Assembly (NCBI GenBank): GCA_963790475.1
Contig: CAWBOS010000011.1
Location: 96,001 to 160,000, forward strand
Source of the DNA: an uncultured delta proteobacterium
Lineage (GTDB): Bacteria; Desulfobacterota; RBG-13-43-22
DNA length: 64,000 nt
Direction of reading: 5' to 3'
Shown here: positions 1 to 10,271 of the stretch, one piece after another
Numbering within the stretch: the first letter of the stretch is position 1
How the letters are laid out: each line of letters begins with the position of its first letter
Notes under the pieces: model-generated
What the model was told of the DNA's origin: nothing
What the model saw: the letters and a program-made list of their open reading frames with translations, nothing else
Databases searched by the model: none
Program-made: the position numbers and the translations under genes

Positions 1-1118
1 ACCGTCATATGGTTCTTAATCCCATAAGTTTTTTCACCGCCGGCCCGCAAAGGAGTTTTATGAAAGCTGCGAAACTCCATGGTCCGGAGTACCTTCAGGA
101 TCGCATCCGAATCAAGGCTTTGAGCTTTCTCAATGGCCATTAAAAGGATATGGGGTCCCATAGAATAGGCCATGTCCGTGGTTTTCATATTAGGGCATTG
201 CTTCTCATAATATTTCTCCTGCTCCACACCCAAAGGGCTATTTTCCTCCGGGGAGACCATGATGCCCACAAACCCTTTGGAGGCTTCAACTCCGGCGATA
301 TCCTGCCATTTTTCCAGATCACCGGGCATGGAGGTTGGATAACCGATACGCCCCTTGTACCCCAGTTCCCGCGATTGTTTGACGATCAAGGCCGCCGACC
401 CCGGAGGCACTTTCAAATGTAAATAATCCGGATTAGACTTTAAGGATTTACTTAAGAAAGGATAAAAATCCTTTGTTCCGGGAGGAACCAAAACAAAGTC
501 TTTTATGATCAACCCCCTTTTCTTTTCATTTTTAAGGGCTCCCTCTTTGGCAAGTTTTCCCACCAGATCATCGGTAAAAATATACAAGACACTCTTGCAG
601 CGGAACTTCTCCCTCATCAGAGAACACAAGGCTTCGCTTCTTTCCTCGTCACTGGAGGCCACTCTGAAAAGATAAGGCCACTCCGGTTTTGGGTTCCAGG
701 TCGGCCCTCCGATAACCGCCAATTTTTTTTCTTTGGTGGACAAGGGTGCCCAACCGGAAATCGGTTCGGCCCCGAAAGAACCCACTAAAAAATCGACTTT
801 ATCGGTATAAAGAAGTTTTTCAGCCGCCGTCCGCCCGCCGGCGACGGTATATTTGTCATCGGCAGAGATCATTTCAATCTTGTAATTTTGTCCTTTGACC
901 GTAATCCCCCCCCGGTCATTAAAAAATTTTTGCAGGGATTCCATAGTACACTTGGTATTCAGCCCCCACTGGGCGGCCGGTCCGGTCAGAGGGTTTATCA
1001 CCCCCAATTTGAGGATCTTACTTTCAGCCTGTACGGAGTAAACGACTGCCCACCCCAAGATAAAGGTCCCAATGAACAAACCTCCCATTACCTTCAAGAA
1101 AAACTTTTTCCCTGCCAT
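1..1118 (-). CDS. Branched-chain amino acid-type ABC transporter substrate-binding protein (runs off left edge)
   Basis: Manual translation from ATG 1118: MAGKKFFLKVMGGLFIGTFILGWAVVYSVQAESKILKLGVINPLTGPAAQWG (signal peptide + LivJ-like motif); AAGGAGG RBS upstream; absent from ORF track because it is open-ended. Confidence 0.8.
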   Translation of the reverse strand, partial: MAGKKFFLKVMGGLFIGTFILGWAVVYSVQAESKILKLGVINPLTGPAAQWGLNTKCTMESLQKFFNDRGGITVKGQNYKIEMISADDKYTVAGGRTAAEKLLYTDKVDFLVGSFGAEPISGWAPLSTKEKKLAVIGGPTWNPKPEWPYLFRVASSDEERSEALCSLMREKFRCKSVLYIFTDDLVGKLAKEGALKNEKKRGLIIKDFVLVPPGTKDFYPFLSKSLKSNPDYLHLKVPPGSAALIVKQSRELGYKGRIGYPTSMPGDLEKWQDIAGVEASKGFVGIMVSPEENSPLGVEQEKYYEKQCPNMKTTDMAYSMGPHILLMAIEKAQSLDSDAILKVLRTMEFRSFHKTPLRAGGEKTYGIKNHMT

Positions 1119-2052
1119 GACCCCTCCTTAGAATCTTGATATAGGTTAAGGTGTAAAAACCGAAACACTTCCCAAAAAACTGACTTTGTTTCCCCTCCAC
1201 CATAGAAAACGGCTGGGTGAAATCCAGGTTGTTCCTGATTCCATAAGGTCCGTCCTCACCGAGAAAAACGATGCAACCCTCGCTATTCAAACCGGCCGGT
1301 GATTCCTATCCCCAAGACGAAAAGCATGCTCCCGAGGTTTGAATCAAGACCTTAAAACTCACCCTTAGTAAAGTAATGAAATTGAATTGGTACCTGTAAA
1401 TCTATTTCCAGAGCTCGGTAACAGCCCCGGAAGGGGGAGGGGTTATCACCCATAAATTCTTGGTAACCTGGTCCCCAATCACTTCCCATCGGTGGGGAAG
1501 GGTGGAAAAGAAATGGAGGGTGTCTCCTTTTTTCAAAGGATAAACCTTCCCGTCAATTTCATAGTGTATCTCCCCCTGCAGGCAGAATATGAACTCTTCT
1601 CCTGGATGGGATTCCGGTTTGGCGGAACTCATGGTTCCTTTTTTGAGATGGGTCATCAGGGCCAGCATTTTGGCCCCCTTTAAGCGAAGGGCCAGGTATT
1701 TTATCTGCGTGGTTCCTGAGGTATTTCTAAAAACTTTTCCATTTTCTCTGGGAAGGTATTCAACGTTTTCAACATAATCGAAGGAGCCATTTTTTTCTTC
1801 TAAAAAATAGCCGATCTTTTCCTCCAAAGCATCAGCGATCTTCATCAGAACGGTTACCGTCGGGGTCATCTCACTGCGTTCCAGCTTGTGGTTCAAGTAA
1901 GCCGCTGTGCGGCAGAACCGTTTCTATGTAATCCTTCCTGAAAAATCTCTTCAGAAGTCCATTCGATAGGACGCATACCGTTTAGTCCAGTATGATACTT
2001 CAAACCCCCTCCTCATAGGAAGGGGAAATCCATCCTTATAAGGAGAAGTATC

Positions 2053-2940
2053 ATGATGAACAATTGGTATGACAAAACGATCCAAGCTCTTCAACTCAAC
2101 GGTAAAGGGGAACGCACCCAGGAAGCCTACGCCCGCTCCGTCCGCATGCTCACCCAGTTTTATAACAAAACTCCTGATTCCATCAGCGAACAGGAACTTC
2201 AGGATTATTTTCTTCAACGGAAAAATGTCGATAAGTGGGCCCCCAATACCATGCGGATATGCTATTGCGGCATACGCTTCTTTTTTGAAAAAGTACTCCA
2301 GCGCAACTGGCACATCCTCGGAATCCTCCGAGCCCAAACCGAACGAAGACTCCCGGCCGTCTTGAGCGTTGAAGAAGTCCGTAAACTCCTGGCCCAGGTT
2401 AAAACCTTCCAGAACTATGCCTATCTTTCCACCGTCTACTCCTGCGGTCTGAGACTTCAGGAGGGACTCTATCTCGAAGTCTCCGATATCGATAGTGACC
2501 GGATGATGATCCATATCCACCGGGGCAAAGGCGCCAAAGATCGCTATGTCCCTCTCCCCCAATCCACTCTCAGCCTGCTCCGTCGCTATTGGGTCACCCA
2601 CCGTCATCCTGCCCTCCTTTTTCCAGCCATCGGCCGAACCAGACAAGGCGTCAAGGAAGCTAAAACGCCCATGGCCAAAAGCAGTGTCCAAGGGGCCTTC
2701 CGTCGAGCCAAGTTTGCTGCCGGAATCCACAAAAAAATGGTCTCTGTTCATACCCTCCGGCACTCTTATGCCACCCATCTGCTTGAGGCCGGCGTCAACC
2801 TTCGGGTCATCCAAAGATACATGGGCCACGGCCAATTGGAAACGACCATGGTCTATTTGCATCTCACTCAAAAAGGTCAAGAGGATGCCTGCCAGTTGAT
2901 CAATCAGGTGATGGGGGGCTTAGACCATGACCACCATTAA
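2053..2940 (+). CDS. Tyrosine recombinase (XerD/IntI-like with N-terminal SAM-like domain)
   Basis: YSCGLRLQE, GKGAKDR, HTLRHSYATHLLEAG, MGH...TTMVY catalytic motifs. Confidence 0.93.
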   Translation: MMNNWYDKTIQALQLNGKGERTQEAYARSVRMLTQFYNKTPDSISEQELQDYFLQRKNVDKWAPNTMRICYCGIRFFFEKVLQRNWHILGILRAQTERRLPAVLSVEEVRKLLAQVKTFQNYAYLSTVYSCGLRLQEGLYLEVSDIDSDRMMIHIHRGKGAKDRYVPLPQSTLSLLRRYWVTHRHPALLFPAIGRTRQGVKEAKTPMAKSSVQGAFRRAKFAAGIHKKMVSVHTLRHSYATHLLEAGVNLRVIQRYMGHGQLETTMVYLHLTQKGQEDACQLINQVMGGLDHDHH

Positions 2941-4027
2941 TGAGATCTTTCGAACCTTCGGCCCCCAATACCTGGGGCGCTACGGTCAGACTATGCCTAA
3001 AATACACCGCCAGGTCATCGAGGCCATCATCGGCTGCCGTACCGAAGCCTGCGGCCTCGTCCTATACCAGTGTGAAAAATGCGGCCAGTCCCATCTGATC
3101 TATCGTTCCTGCGGCAATCGCCATTGCCCCACTTGTCAACACCATAAAACCCAACAGTGGTTGGATAAACAGATAAAGCATCAACTTCCCGGACATCATT
3201 TCATGATGACCTTTACCGTCCCCGAACAACTGCGCCGCTTTATACGGAAAAATCAGAGGGTGGCTTATTCCGCCTTGTTCAAAGCCTCCTCCGAGGCCAT
3301 CAAAAAGCTGGCTCCGGACGAAAAATACATCGGCGGTGATCTTCCGGGATTCCTCGGGGTCCTTCATACCTGGGGACGTACCTTGGAGTATCACCCCCAT
3401 ATCCATTACATCGTCCCCGGCGGAGCCCTCTCCACCACTGACGGTCTCTGGCATCCCTCAAGGATCGATTTTTATCTCCCGGTCAGAGCCCTCTCCAAAA
3501 TCTTTAAGGCCAAGTTCAAAAAGGCCATGAAAGAAGTCGGTCTCTTCGAGCAAATCCCTACTGAGGTCTGGCAGATCGACTGGAACGTCAACTCTCAAGC
3601 CGTAGGTTCCTCCGAAGCCAGCCTAAAATACCTCGCCCCTTATGTCTTCAAAGTGGCGATCTCCAATTCCCGCATCCTCAAGGTGGAAAACAACACCGTC
3701 TTCTTCCGATACACCAAACCTCATAGCCATCGGTTGAGGACTATGGCCCTCGGTTCCATGGAATTCCTCCGCCGTTTCCTTCAGCATGTCCTGCCCACCG
3801 GATTCATGAAAATCCGCTATTACGGCTTCATGAACCCCAATTGCTCGGTCCCTTTCGAAAGAATATCTACCCTCATTCAAATGGCCTATTCCTTCGTCTT
3901 GAAGATGCCCGAATATCAGCAAAGCCCTTCTCCAACTCCCATCTGTCCCAACTGCGGCGGAACCCTCAGATACCTCGTATCCTTCATCCCCGGTCTCACT
4001 CCTCAATTGACCCTGGACAGTTCTTGA
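2927..4027 (+). CDS. IS91-family (Y2 HUH) transposase with Zn-binding domain
   Basis: CEKCG...SCGNRHCPTCQ, LHTWG...YHPHIHYIVPGG, YLAPY, FLQHVLP..F.KIRYYG. Confidence 0.92.
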   Translation: MTTINEIFRTFGPQYLGRYGQTMPKIHRQVIEAIIGCRTEACGLVLYQCEKCGQSHLIYRSCGNRHCPTCQHHKTQQWLDKQIKHQLPGHHFMMTFTVPEQLRRFIRKNQRVAYSALFKASSEAIKKLAPDEKYIGGDLPGFLGVLHTWGRTLEYHPHIHYIVPGGALSTTDGLWHPSRIDFYLPVRALSKIFKAKFKKAMKEVGLFEQIPTEVWQIDWNVNSQAVGSSEASLKYLAPYVFKVAISNSRILKVENNTVFFRYTKPHSHRLRTMALGSMEFLRRFLQHVLPTGFMKIRYYGFMNPNCSVPFERISTLIQMAYSFVLKMPEYQQSPSPTPICPNCGGTLRYLVSFIPGLTPQLTLDSS

Positions 4028-4283
4028 ACGGTCTTCCTAAGACCCCCTTCTTAAATCCAAAATGTCAAAGAACTAAAGCGGTAGGGACTCCTATGTCCAG
4101 AGTCCTAAAAATCGATGGGTGCTTTTATCTGATCAGTGAAAAAAGGTATTGCCGTGCTTCGTAAGGTAAGTTCTTAGTCCTTTTCCTGTTCCCTGAGTCT
4201 ATTTATAAGCTTTTTATCCTCTCCTCAGTTCGTCCCCCTTCGAACCTTTACCCTTTATAGATCGTCATTATTTATCCGGGCTT

Positions 4284-4334
4284 CTTGAACAATGGATTGA
4301 AACGACCTTTCAGGATCGTCTCAATCCTTATTGG
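4284..4334 (+). repeat. attC-like hairpin at the right end of the element
   Basis: CTTGAAC-AAT-GGATTGAAACGA...TCGTCTCAATCC-TTATTGG; outer stem completed by TTCAAG from the left end. Confidence 0.7.
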
Positions 4335-4630
4335 ATAGTGGTCACTGAAACCCCTGCCTTTTCAGCCAACTGATTCAAAGACAGGTCTTTTTGTTTTCGA
4401 AGATGGGCGATCTTTCCGCCGATCGATGAAACGATTTTCTCGATTAATATTTCTTTCATTGGTAAACTTGATTATTTGGGATTGGCCATAAAATATAGTA
4501 AATGATTTATTAAATTATAGTTTCTCTTGTCAAGAAAAAAAATGGTCAAATTCTTTGGACAGGCTATTATAGTCCCGGGAGGAAAAGGCTTTTGATTCGC
4601 ACTGAATTTAAATTTACTTTTAATTTGAGA

Positions 4631-4703
4631 TGGTATAAAAGAATCCAGTAGTCAGGGCCAGGGGAAAGGGCGATGTGACCCTCTTCCCGGGCCGGCTCCT
4701 TTT
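4631..4703 (+). promoter_or_regulatory. Putative extended -10 promoter (TGnTATAAA) and GC-rich leader hairpin upstream of glnA
   Basis: TGGTATAAA at 4631-4639; GGCCAGGGGAAAGGG...CCCTCTTCCCGGGCC stem followed by TTTT. Confidence 0.35.
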
Positions 4704-4751
4704 ATTCGTTCGGATTTTTTACCTGTAATAATTGACTTTCTGGAGGTTCCT

Positions 4752-6080
4752 ATGAATGGCCGATCAGTTGAAGACGTGCTCCGTCTGGTGAAGGATAAGA
4801 ATATTAGTTTTATCCAGTTCTGGTTCACCGATATCCTGGGGCTGTTAAAAAGTTTTGCCGTAACCCCTTCGGAATTAGAGGAAGGGATGACCGAGGGCAT
4901 GGGATTTGACGGCTCCTCCATTGAAGGATTCGCCCGGATTGAAGAGTCCGACATGATCGCCAAACCGGACCCGGCCACTTTCCAAATGATTCCCTGGAGG
5001 GCCGGGGAACAACCTGTAGCCCGAATGTTATGCGATATCCTCGAACCGGATGGGACCCCTTATCCCGGCGATCCCCGGTTTGCCTTTAAACGGTTGCTGG
5101 CCAAAGCCAAGGAGAAAGGATTCACCTTATTTATCGGGCCCGAGTTGGAATACTTTTACTTCCAGGACAGTAACGATACCAATTTCCTGGACCTTGGCGG
5201 ATACTTCGATGCCCGTCCCCTCGATTTGGGTGGAGACCTGAGGCGGGAGACCATCTTCGCCCTTCAGTCCATGGGTATCAAAGTCGAATACAGCCACCAT
5301 GAGGTGGCCCCCAGCCAGCATGAAATCGACCTGCGTTACGCCGAGGGGCTTTCCATGGCCGATATGACCATGACCTACCGTCTGGTCGTCAAGGAGATTG
5401 CCCGAACCAAAGGGGTGTATGCCACCTTCATGCCCAAACCGATCTTCGGACAGAACGGCAGCGGCATGCATACCCACCAGTCTTTGTTTTTAGGAGAAAA
5501 GAATGCCTTTTTCGAACCTAGCGATCCTTTCCATCTTTCTCCCATTGCCAAATGTTATATCGCCGGGCTGATGCGACATGCCCGGGAAATGACGGCCATC
5601 AACAACCAATGGGTCAATTCCTATAAACGGCTGGTGCCCGGGTACGAGGCCCCGGTCTATGTCTCCTGGGCCCGAAGGAACCGTTCCACCATGATCCGGG
5701 TACCCATGTACAAACCGGGAAAGGAAAAGGCCACCCGCATTGAATTCCGCTCCCCCGATCCGGCCTGCAATCCCTATCTTTGTTTTGCCGTCCAACTGGC
5801 CGCCGGACTGGCCGGTATTGAAGGAAACTACCCGTTGCCCGATCCGGTGGAAGAAGATATCTTTGAAATGACCCCGGCCGAACGGGAGGGCAGAGGCATC
5901 AACTCTCTTCCCGGTAACCTTTATGCCGCTGTCGAAGAGCTTAAGAAAAGCACTCTGGTCCGGGAGGCTTTGGGGGATCACATTTTTAATAAATTCATTG
6001 CCAATAAAGAGATCGAATGGGACCACTACCGGACGCATGTCAGCCGGTATGAATTGGATAAATATCTGCCGATATTATAA
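4752..6080 (+). CDS. glnA: Glutamine synthetase type I
   Basis: FDGSSIEGF, HHEVAPSQHEI, ATFMPKP, NGSGMHTH, RIEFRSPDP. Confidence 0.95.
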   Translation: MNGRSVEDVLRLVKDKNISFIQFWFTDILGLLKSFAVTPSELEEGMTEGMGFDGSSIEGFARIEESDMIAKPDPATFQMIPWRAGEQPVARMLCDILEPDGTPYPGDPRFAFKRLLAKAKEKGFTLFIGPELEYFYFQDSNDTNFLDLGGYFDARPLDLGGDLRRETIFALQSMGIKVEYSHHEVAPSQHEIDLRYAEGLSMADMTMTYRLVVKEIARTKGVYATFMPKPIFGQNGSGMHTHQSLFLGEKNAFFEPSDPFHLSPIAKCYIAGLMRHAREMTAINNQWVNSYKRLVPGYEAPVYVSWARRNRSTMIRVPMYKPGKEKATRIEFRSPDPACNPYLCFAVQLAAGLAGIEGNYPLPDPVEEDIFEMTPAEREGRGINSLPGNLYAAVEELKKSTLVREALGDHIFNKFIANKEIEWDHYRTHVSRYELDKYLPIL

Positions 6081-6373
6081 TCAGTTGATTATTAAATAGG
6101 TTCCCCTCATACCCTTTTGGTCTCCAAGAGATCTATAGGGTAAATCGGACGGTTTAGATTCCTTCAAACTAACCGAGATAGATTTTTTACATAATTGTTA
6201 TATTTTATATATTATTAGTTACAATTTTGTTAATTATTTTTTTAATTCAGCATCGTTTTCAGCTCAGCTAAAGATCGCTGGAAAATCTTATTATTACTAA
6301 TTTTCAATAAAATTAAATAGGTTGAAATATTTTTCTCTGGAAATTTTATAGAAATTCCTGTATATTTCCACAT

Positions 6374-6389
6374 TGGTAATCTTTTTGCA
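6374..6389 (+). promoter_or_regulatory. Putative sigma-54 promoter for the mvhD-metVF-glt cluster
   Basis: TGGTAATCTTTTTGCA has exact GG-N10-GC spacing; palindrome TTACAA-TT-TTGTAA near 6220-6233 could be an activator site. Confidence 0.5.
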
Positions 6390-6636
6390 TTCCAAGTCTT
6401 CGGGTAGTTGTCGAACAGACCAGCCCTGAACTTTCAGAATCAACAGCCTATTAGGTGGAAAACCTCGTGTATCTGAAAATCCCATCTATGGACTTCCGTT
6501 GCCAATAGTGGGGACGGACTTGGTCTGATGGATCGTATTGAAATAATCTTTTGCAGAAACCTAAGGGCAAAAGTTCAAAGTTGTAATTCTTGCTTTCAGC
6601 CTTGAGCCTGGGGCTGTCAGCCTTAGAAAGACCGGT

Positions 6637-7056
6637 ATGAATAAAGAAAATATGGAATTAAATGTGTCCATCTTTTTTTGCCAGCAATTGGACCCGGATC
6701 AGGACAGCAATCGACGGGTCATCGAAAAAGAATTAGGACCCCGGATCAAATTTTTCCCTCTGCCCTGCAGCGGGCGGATAGAACCGCTCCACTTCCTGCG
6801 GGCCTTTGAGGCAGGAGCGGATCTGGTCTATCTGATCACCTGTCCGATAAAAGTCTGCCGGTATCAGCAGGGCAATGTACGGGCGGGGAAACGGATTGGC
6901 TATGCTAAAAAATTGATCCGTGAAATCGGACTGGATCCGGAACGGTTGATTCTAATAACCACCGATCCTCCTCTGCCCAAAAAAATTGATATACTGACCC
7001 GGGAATTATTAACCAAGGCCCCCGTTACGGGGCATTCTTTGCTGGACCGGTTGTAA
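6637..7056 (+). CDS. mvhD: MvhD/FlpD-like iron-sulfur subunit (divergent N-terminus)
   Basis: LPCSGRIEP..LRAFEAGAD.V...C....C.Y..GN. Confidence 0.75.
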   Translation: MNKENMELNVSIFFCQQLDPDQDSNRRVIEKELGPRIKFFPLPCSGRIEPLHFLRAFEAGADLVYLITCPIKVCRYQQGNVRAGKRIGYAKKLIREIGLDPERLILITTDPPLPKKIDILTRELLTKAPVTGHSLLDRL

Positions 7057-7194
7057 CCGGGCGAGGGGCAGAAAGCAGAGGCCTGGCGTAGGGCTAAGGG
7101 CCAAAACCAAGCATGATATCGTACCTTTGTTTACTGAAAGAGGCCCTGAAAAATAAGAATGGAAGAATCGAATTAGCTGAACGGAGAAAAACCA

Positions 7195-7863
7195 ATGATA
7201 ACTGCCGAGAGAAAACCCATTGATGAGATCATTGCCATGATATCCCCTTTTAAAAAGGTGTTGATCGTCGGCTGCGCCAGTTGCGTGGGCGAGTGTGCCG
7301 CAGGGGGAGAAAAGGAGGTCGGGCTTCTCGGATCGGCCCTGCGGATGGACGCCCGAATGACCACCAGGGAACTGGAAACACGGGAAATGACCTTGGAACG
7401 TCAATGTGTTTATGAATTTATTGATCAACTGACCGGGTTGGCGGACCAATATGACGCCATCCTTTCCTTGGCCTGTGGGGCCGGAGTACAGGCCGTGGCA
7501 GAGGTCTTTCCCAATATTCCTATCCTGCCAGCCCTGAACACTTCTTTCCTGGGACAAACCAAAGAGCCGGGCCTTTGGCTGGAAAATTGCCGAGGCTGCG
7601 GGGATTGCCGACTTCATCTGTTTGCCGATATCTGTCCGGTCACCCGCTGCGCCAAGCAAATCTTTAACGGACCTTGTGGCGGTTCTCAGGACGGGAAGTG
7701 CGAAGTCAATCCGGAGACCCCTTGTGCCTGGCATCTGATCGTGACCCGGCTGGAGGAAAGGAATCAACTGGATCTTCTGGAGGAGGTTTATGCTCCGGCT
7801 GACTGGTCCAAAAAGCAAGGGGCCGGACCTCGAAAAATCATCAGGGAGGATCAACAAAATTGA
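7195..7863 (+). CDS. metV: Methylene-THF reductase small (MetV-like) subunit
   Basis: CRGCGDC...CPVTRCAKQIFNGPCGG...CEV....CAW; adjacent to metF. Confidence 0.85.
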   Translation: MITAERKPIDEIIAMISPFKKVLIVGCASCVGECAAGGEKEVGLLGSALRMDARMTTRELETREMTLERQCVYEFIDQLTGLADQYDAILSLACGAGVQAVAEVFPNIPILPALNTSFLGQTKEPGLWLENCRGCGDCRLHLFADICPVTRCAKQIFNGPCGGSQDGKCEVNPETPCAWHLIVTRLEERNQLDLLEEVYAPADWSKKQGAGPRKIIREDQQN

Positions 7864-8783
7864 AAACCGAAAGTCAACTAAGAAAGGTATTAGCCGCCGG
7901 CCGATTTGCCGTTACCGCCGAATGCGGGCCTCCCAAGGGGGCCGATCCTGAGGCTATCATTAAAAAAGGCCGCATCCTTAAAGGCTATGTGGATAGTGTC
8001 AATGTCACCGATAACCAGACCGGGGTCGTCCGCCTCTCCAGCCTGGCGGCCTGCGTTCTCCTTCTTCAGGAAGGGCTCGATCCTGTGCTCCAGATGGTGG
8101 TCCGGGACCGGAACCGCATCGCCCTCCAGTCCGACATCCTGGGGGCCTCGGCCCTGGGGATCCGGAACGTCCTTTGTTTGAGCGGCGATCATCAATGCTT
8201 CGGCAATCAATCTCAGGCCATTGGGGTGTTTGATCTGGATTCGATCCAATTCATCCAGGCAGTCCGCCGGATGCGGGATGAGGGTCAAATTATCGGCGGC
8301 GTGGCGGTCAGCCCTCCTCCGGACCTTTTTATCGGCGCGGCCGCCAACCCCTTTGCCGACCCCTTTTTCTATCGGGTGATCCGATTGGCCAAGAAGGTCA
8401 AGGCCGGCGCCGAATTTATCCAAACCCAGTGCATTTACAATCTCGACCGCTTTAAAGAGTGGATGGCTCAAGTGGAAGACCGGGGACTTCATGAAAAAGT
8501 GCATGTACTGGGCGGAATCACCCCCTTGAAATCAGCGAAGATGGCTGAATATATGAAAAGTCAGGTAGCCGGAATGGACATCCCGGAGGCATTAATCAAG
8601 CGTATGAAAGCCGCGCCGGCCAAGGGACAAAGACAGGAAGGGATCAAAATCAGCATAGAAACCATCCAGGCCCTTAAAGAACTGGAAGGGGTCCATGGGG
8701 TCCATATCATGGCCATCGAATGGGAAGAGGCCGTTCCCCAAATCGTTGAACAGGCCGGGCTGTTACCAAGGCCAACAATTTAA
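7860..8783 (+). CDS. metF: Methylenetetrahydrofolate reductase
   Basis: VTAECGPPKG, NVTDN, RDRNRIALQS, KKVKAGAEFIQTQ. Confidence 0.92.
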   Translation: MKTESQLRKVLAAGRFAVTAECGPPKGADPEAIIKKGRILKGYVDSVNVTDNQTGVVRLSSLAACVLLLQEGLDPVLQMVVRDRNRIALQSDILGASALGIRNVLCLSGDHQCFGNQSQAIGVFDLDSIQFIQAVRRMRDEGQIIGGVAVSPPPDLFIGAAANPFADPFFYRVIRLAKKVKAGAEFIQTQCIYNLDRFKEWMAQVEDRGLHEKVHVLGGITPLKSAKMAEYMKSQVAGMDIPEALIKRMKAAPAKGQRQEGIKISIETIQALKELEGVHGVHIMAIEWEEAVPQIVEQAGLLPRPTI

Positions 8784-8880
8784 AAAACGGTCCAAGGTGT
8801 AAGGTTAGGGTTTTTTCCTTTCGTGCTTTTACCTTGAACCTTGGACCTTGCACCTTAGATTTTTATACCGAGGTTTTATT

Positions 8881-10263
8881 ATGCCAGCCAAATACCATAT
8901 TCACACGGCGCCGGTACCCAATCGTTTTCCCACCGTCATCCGGTCAGGGGTCATCGCCTGGGAAGAGGGTTGTCTTAAATGTCCCAAATGCGTCAAGCGG
9001 GAATGTGTTTACGGGGTTTATGATAAGCGGGGACTCGATTCTCGTTTGATGTCCGATTCGTTGGACAGTTTATGCAAAGATTGTTTCCGCTGTGTTCAGA
9101 ATTGCCCGAATCGTTTGATCCATAAGGCCTTAAACCCGGACTATAAAAATCTTGGGGATCATTACTGGACGCCGGAGATCATCTCCAAACTCTGGTTTCA
9201 GGCCGAGACCGGTCGTATCCCGGTTTCCGGCGCCGGATACGGGGGACCTTTTTCCGGATCGGGATTTGACGCCATGTGGACCGATATGTCCGAAATCGTT
9301 CGGCCCACCCGGGATGGAATCCATGGCCGGGAGTATATCAGCACCCAGGTCGATCTGGGCCGGAAGCATCAGGCCCTGGAATTTGATGCCCAGGGGAAGC
9401 TCTTGTCTCCGGTCTATCCTTCCGTCGAGATCCCTTTACCGATCATCTTTGACATACTGCCCTGGTCTCCCCCGCGGGACCGCATCAATCACACCTTGCT
9501 TCGGGCGGCAAAAAAGATCAATACCTTCACGATCATTGCCCAGGAGGACTGGCACCCGAGCCTTCATCGCTATCTGAATCACATCATGCTCTACCTGACC
9601 GGCGATCCTGAAGGGTTTGATAGCGCAATCATTAAAAAGCTGCGTTTGATAGAAATCCCGGACGGACCCAAGGTCCTGGAAAAGCTGAAATGGCTTAAAG
9701 GCCAAAATCCCGGGGTCGTGATTAGTGTTCGGATCTCCCTGTCCCCCCAGGCAGCCGGTCGGGCTTTGGAACTCACCCAAGCCGGATTGGAAATCATCCA
9801 TTTTATGGCCGATGAATTCGGCCGCGAACAGGGAGAAGCCCCCTTATTCGTCAAAGATCGAATCAAAGAGGTCCACTTACATCTGGTTAAAAACGGGATT
9901 CGGGATCAGGTTACCATTTTAGCCGGGGGCGGTGTGGCCATGGCCGAAGACCTGGCCAAGCTGATTATTTGCGGGGCCGATGCCGTCACCGTGGACATCC
10001 CCCTCCTGGTAGCTTTGGAGTGCCGTGTTTGCCGGAGGTGCGCGGAAGAGATTCCCTGCCCGGTGAATATCGCCCAGATCTACCCGCCCCGTGGACAGGC
10101 CCGGATCAGGAACCTGATGGCCGGGTGGTACAACCAGCTTTTGGAAGTCATGGGGGCCATGGGCATCCGGGAAGCCCGGCGCCTGCGGGGCGAAATGGGA
10201 AGGGCCATGTTTTTTGAAGACCTGGAAAGGGAGATTTTTCTCCCTCTGCATAAAAGGAATTAA
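8881..10263 (+). CDS. Ferredoxin + degenerate glutamate-synthase FMN-domain protein
   Basis: CLKCPKC..C and CKDCFRCVQNCP clusters; C-terminal ECRVCRRC and MGAMGIREARRLRGE; lacks GGMS and GAKPG motifs. ATG 8881 preferred over ORF-track TTG. Confidence 0.75.
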   Translation: MPAKYHIHTAPVPNRFPTVIRSGVIAWEEGCLKCPKCVKRECVYGVYDKRGLDSRLMSDSLDSLCKDCFRCVQNCPNRLIHKALNPDYKNLGDHYWTPEIISKLWFQAETGRIPVSGAGYGGPFSGSGFDAMWTDMSEIVRPTRDGIHGREYISTQVDLGRKHQALEFDAQGKLLSPVYPSVEIPLPIIFDILPWSPPRDRINHTLLRAAKKINTFTIIAQEDWHPSLHRYLNHIMLYLTGDPEGFDSAIIKKLRLIEIPDGPKVLEKLKWLKGQNPGVVISVRISLSPQAAGRALELTQAGLEIIHFMADEFGREQGEAPLFVKDRIKEVHLHLVKNGIRDQVTILAGGGVAMAEDLAKLIICGADAVTVDIPLLVALECRVCRRCAEEIPCPVNIAQIYPPRGQARIRNLMAGWYNQLLEVMGAMGIREARRLRGEMGRAMFFEDLEREIFLPLHKRN

Positions 10264-10271
10264 CCTATGTC

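Larger units (their letters stand above)
1892..4334 (+). mobile_element. 2443-bp tyrosine recombinase + IS91-family transposase element
   Basis: Boundaries defined by the restored host gene; TGG present at both junctions (1889-1891 and 4332-4334). Confidence 0.9.
1402..4459 (-). pseudogene. XRE-HTH + cupin transcriptional regulator split by a mobile element (5' part 4335-4459, 3' part 1402-1891)
   Basis: Joining the parts restores ...LSLNQLAEKAGVSVTTI|HKLERSEMTPTV... in frame (204 aa); cupin motif HPGEEFIFCLQG. Confidence 0.9.

Noticed and set aside
1951-2880. 309-aa antisense ORF over the integrase (likewise 7009-7857, 12592-13491, 13678-14637, 24193-25128, 33784-34605)
   Set aside because: Shadow ORFs opposite well-supported genes, with no recognisable motifs.
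4640-4740. glnA (glutamine) riboswitch
   Set aside because: Only a simple hairpin; no match to the glnA-motif consensus that I could recognise.
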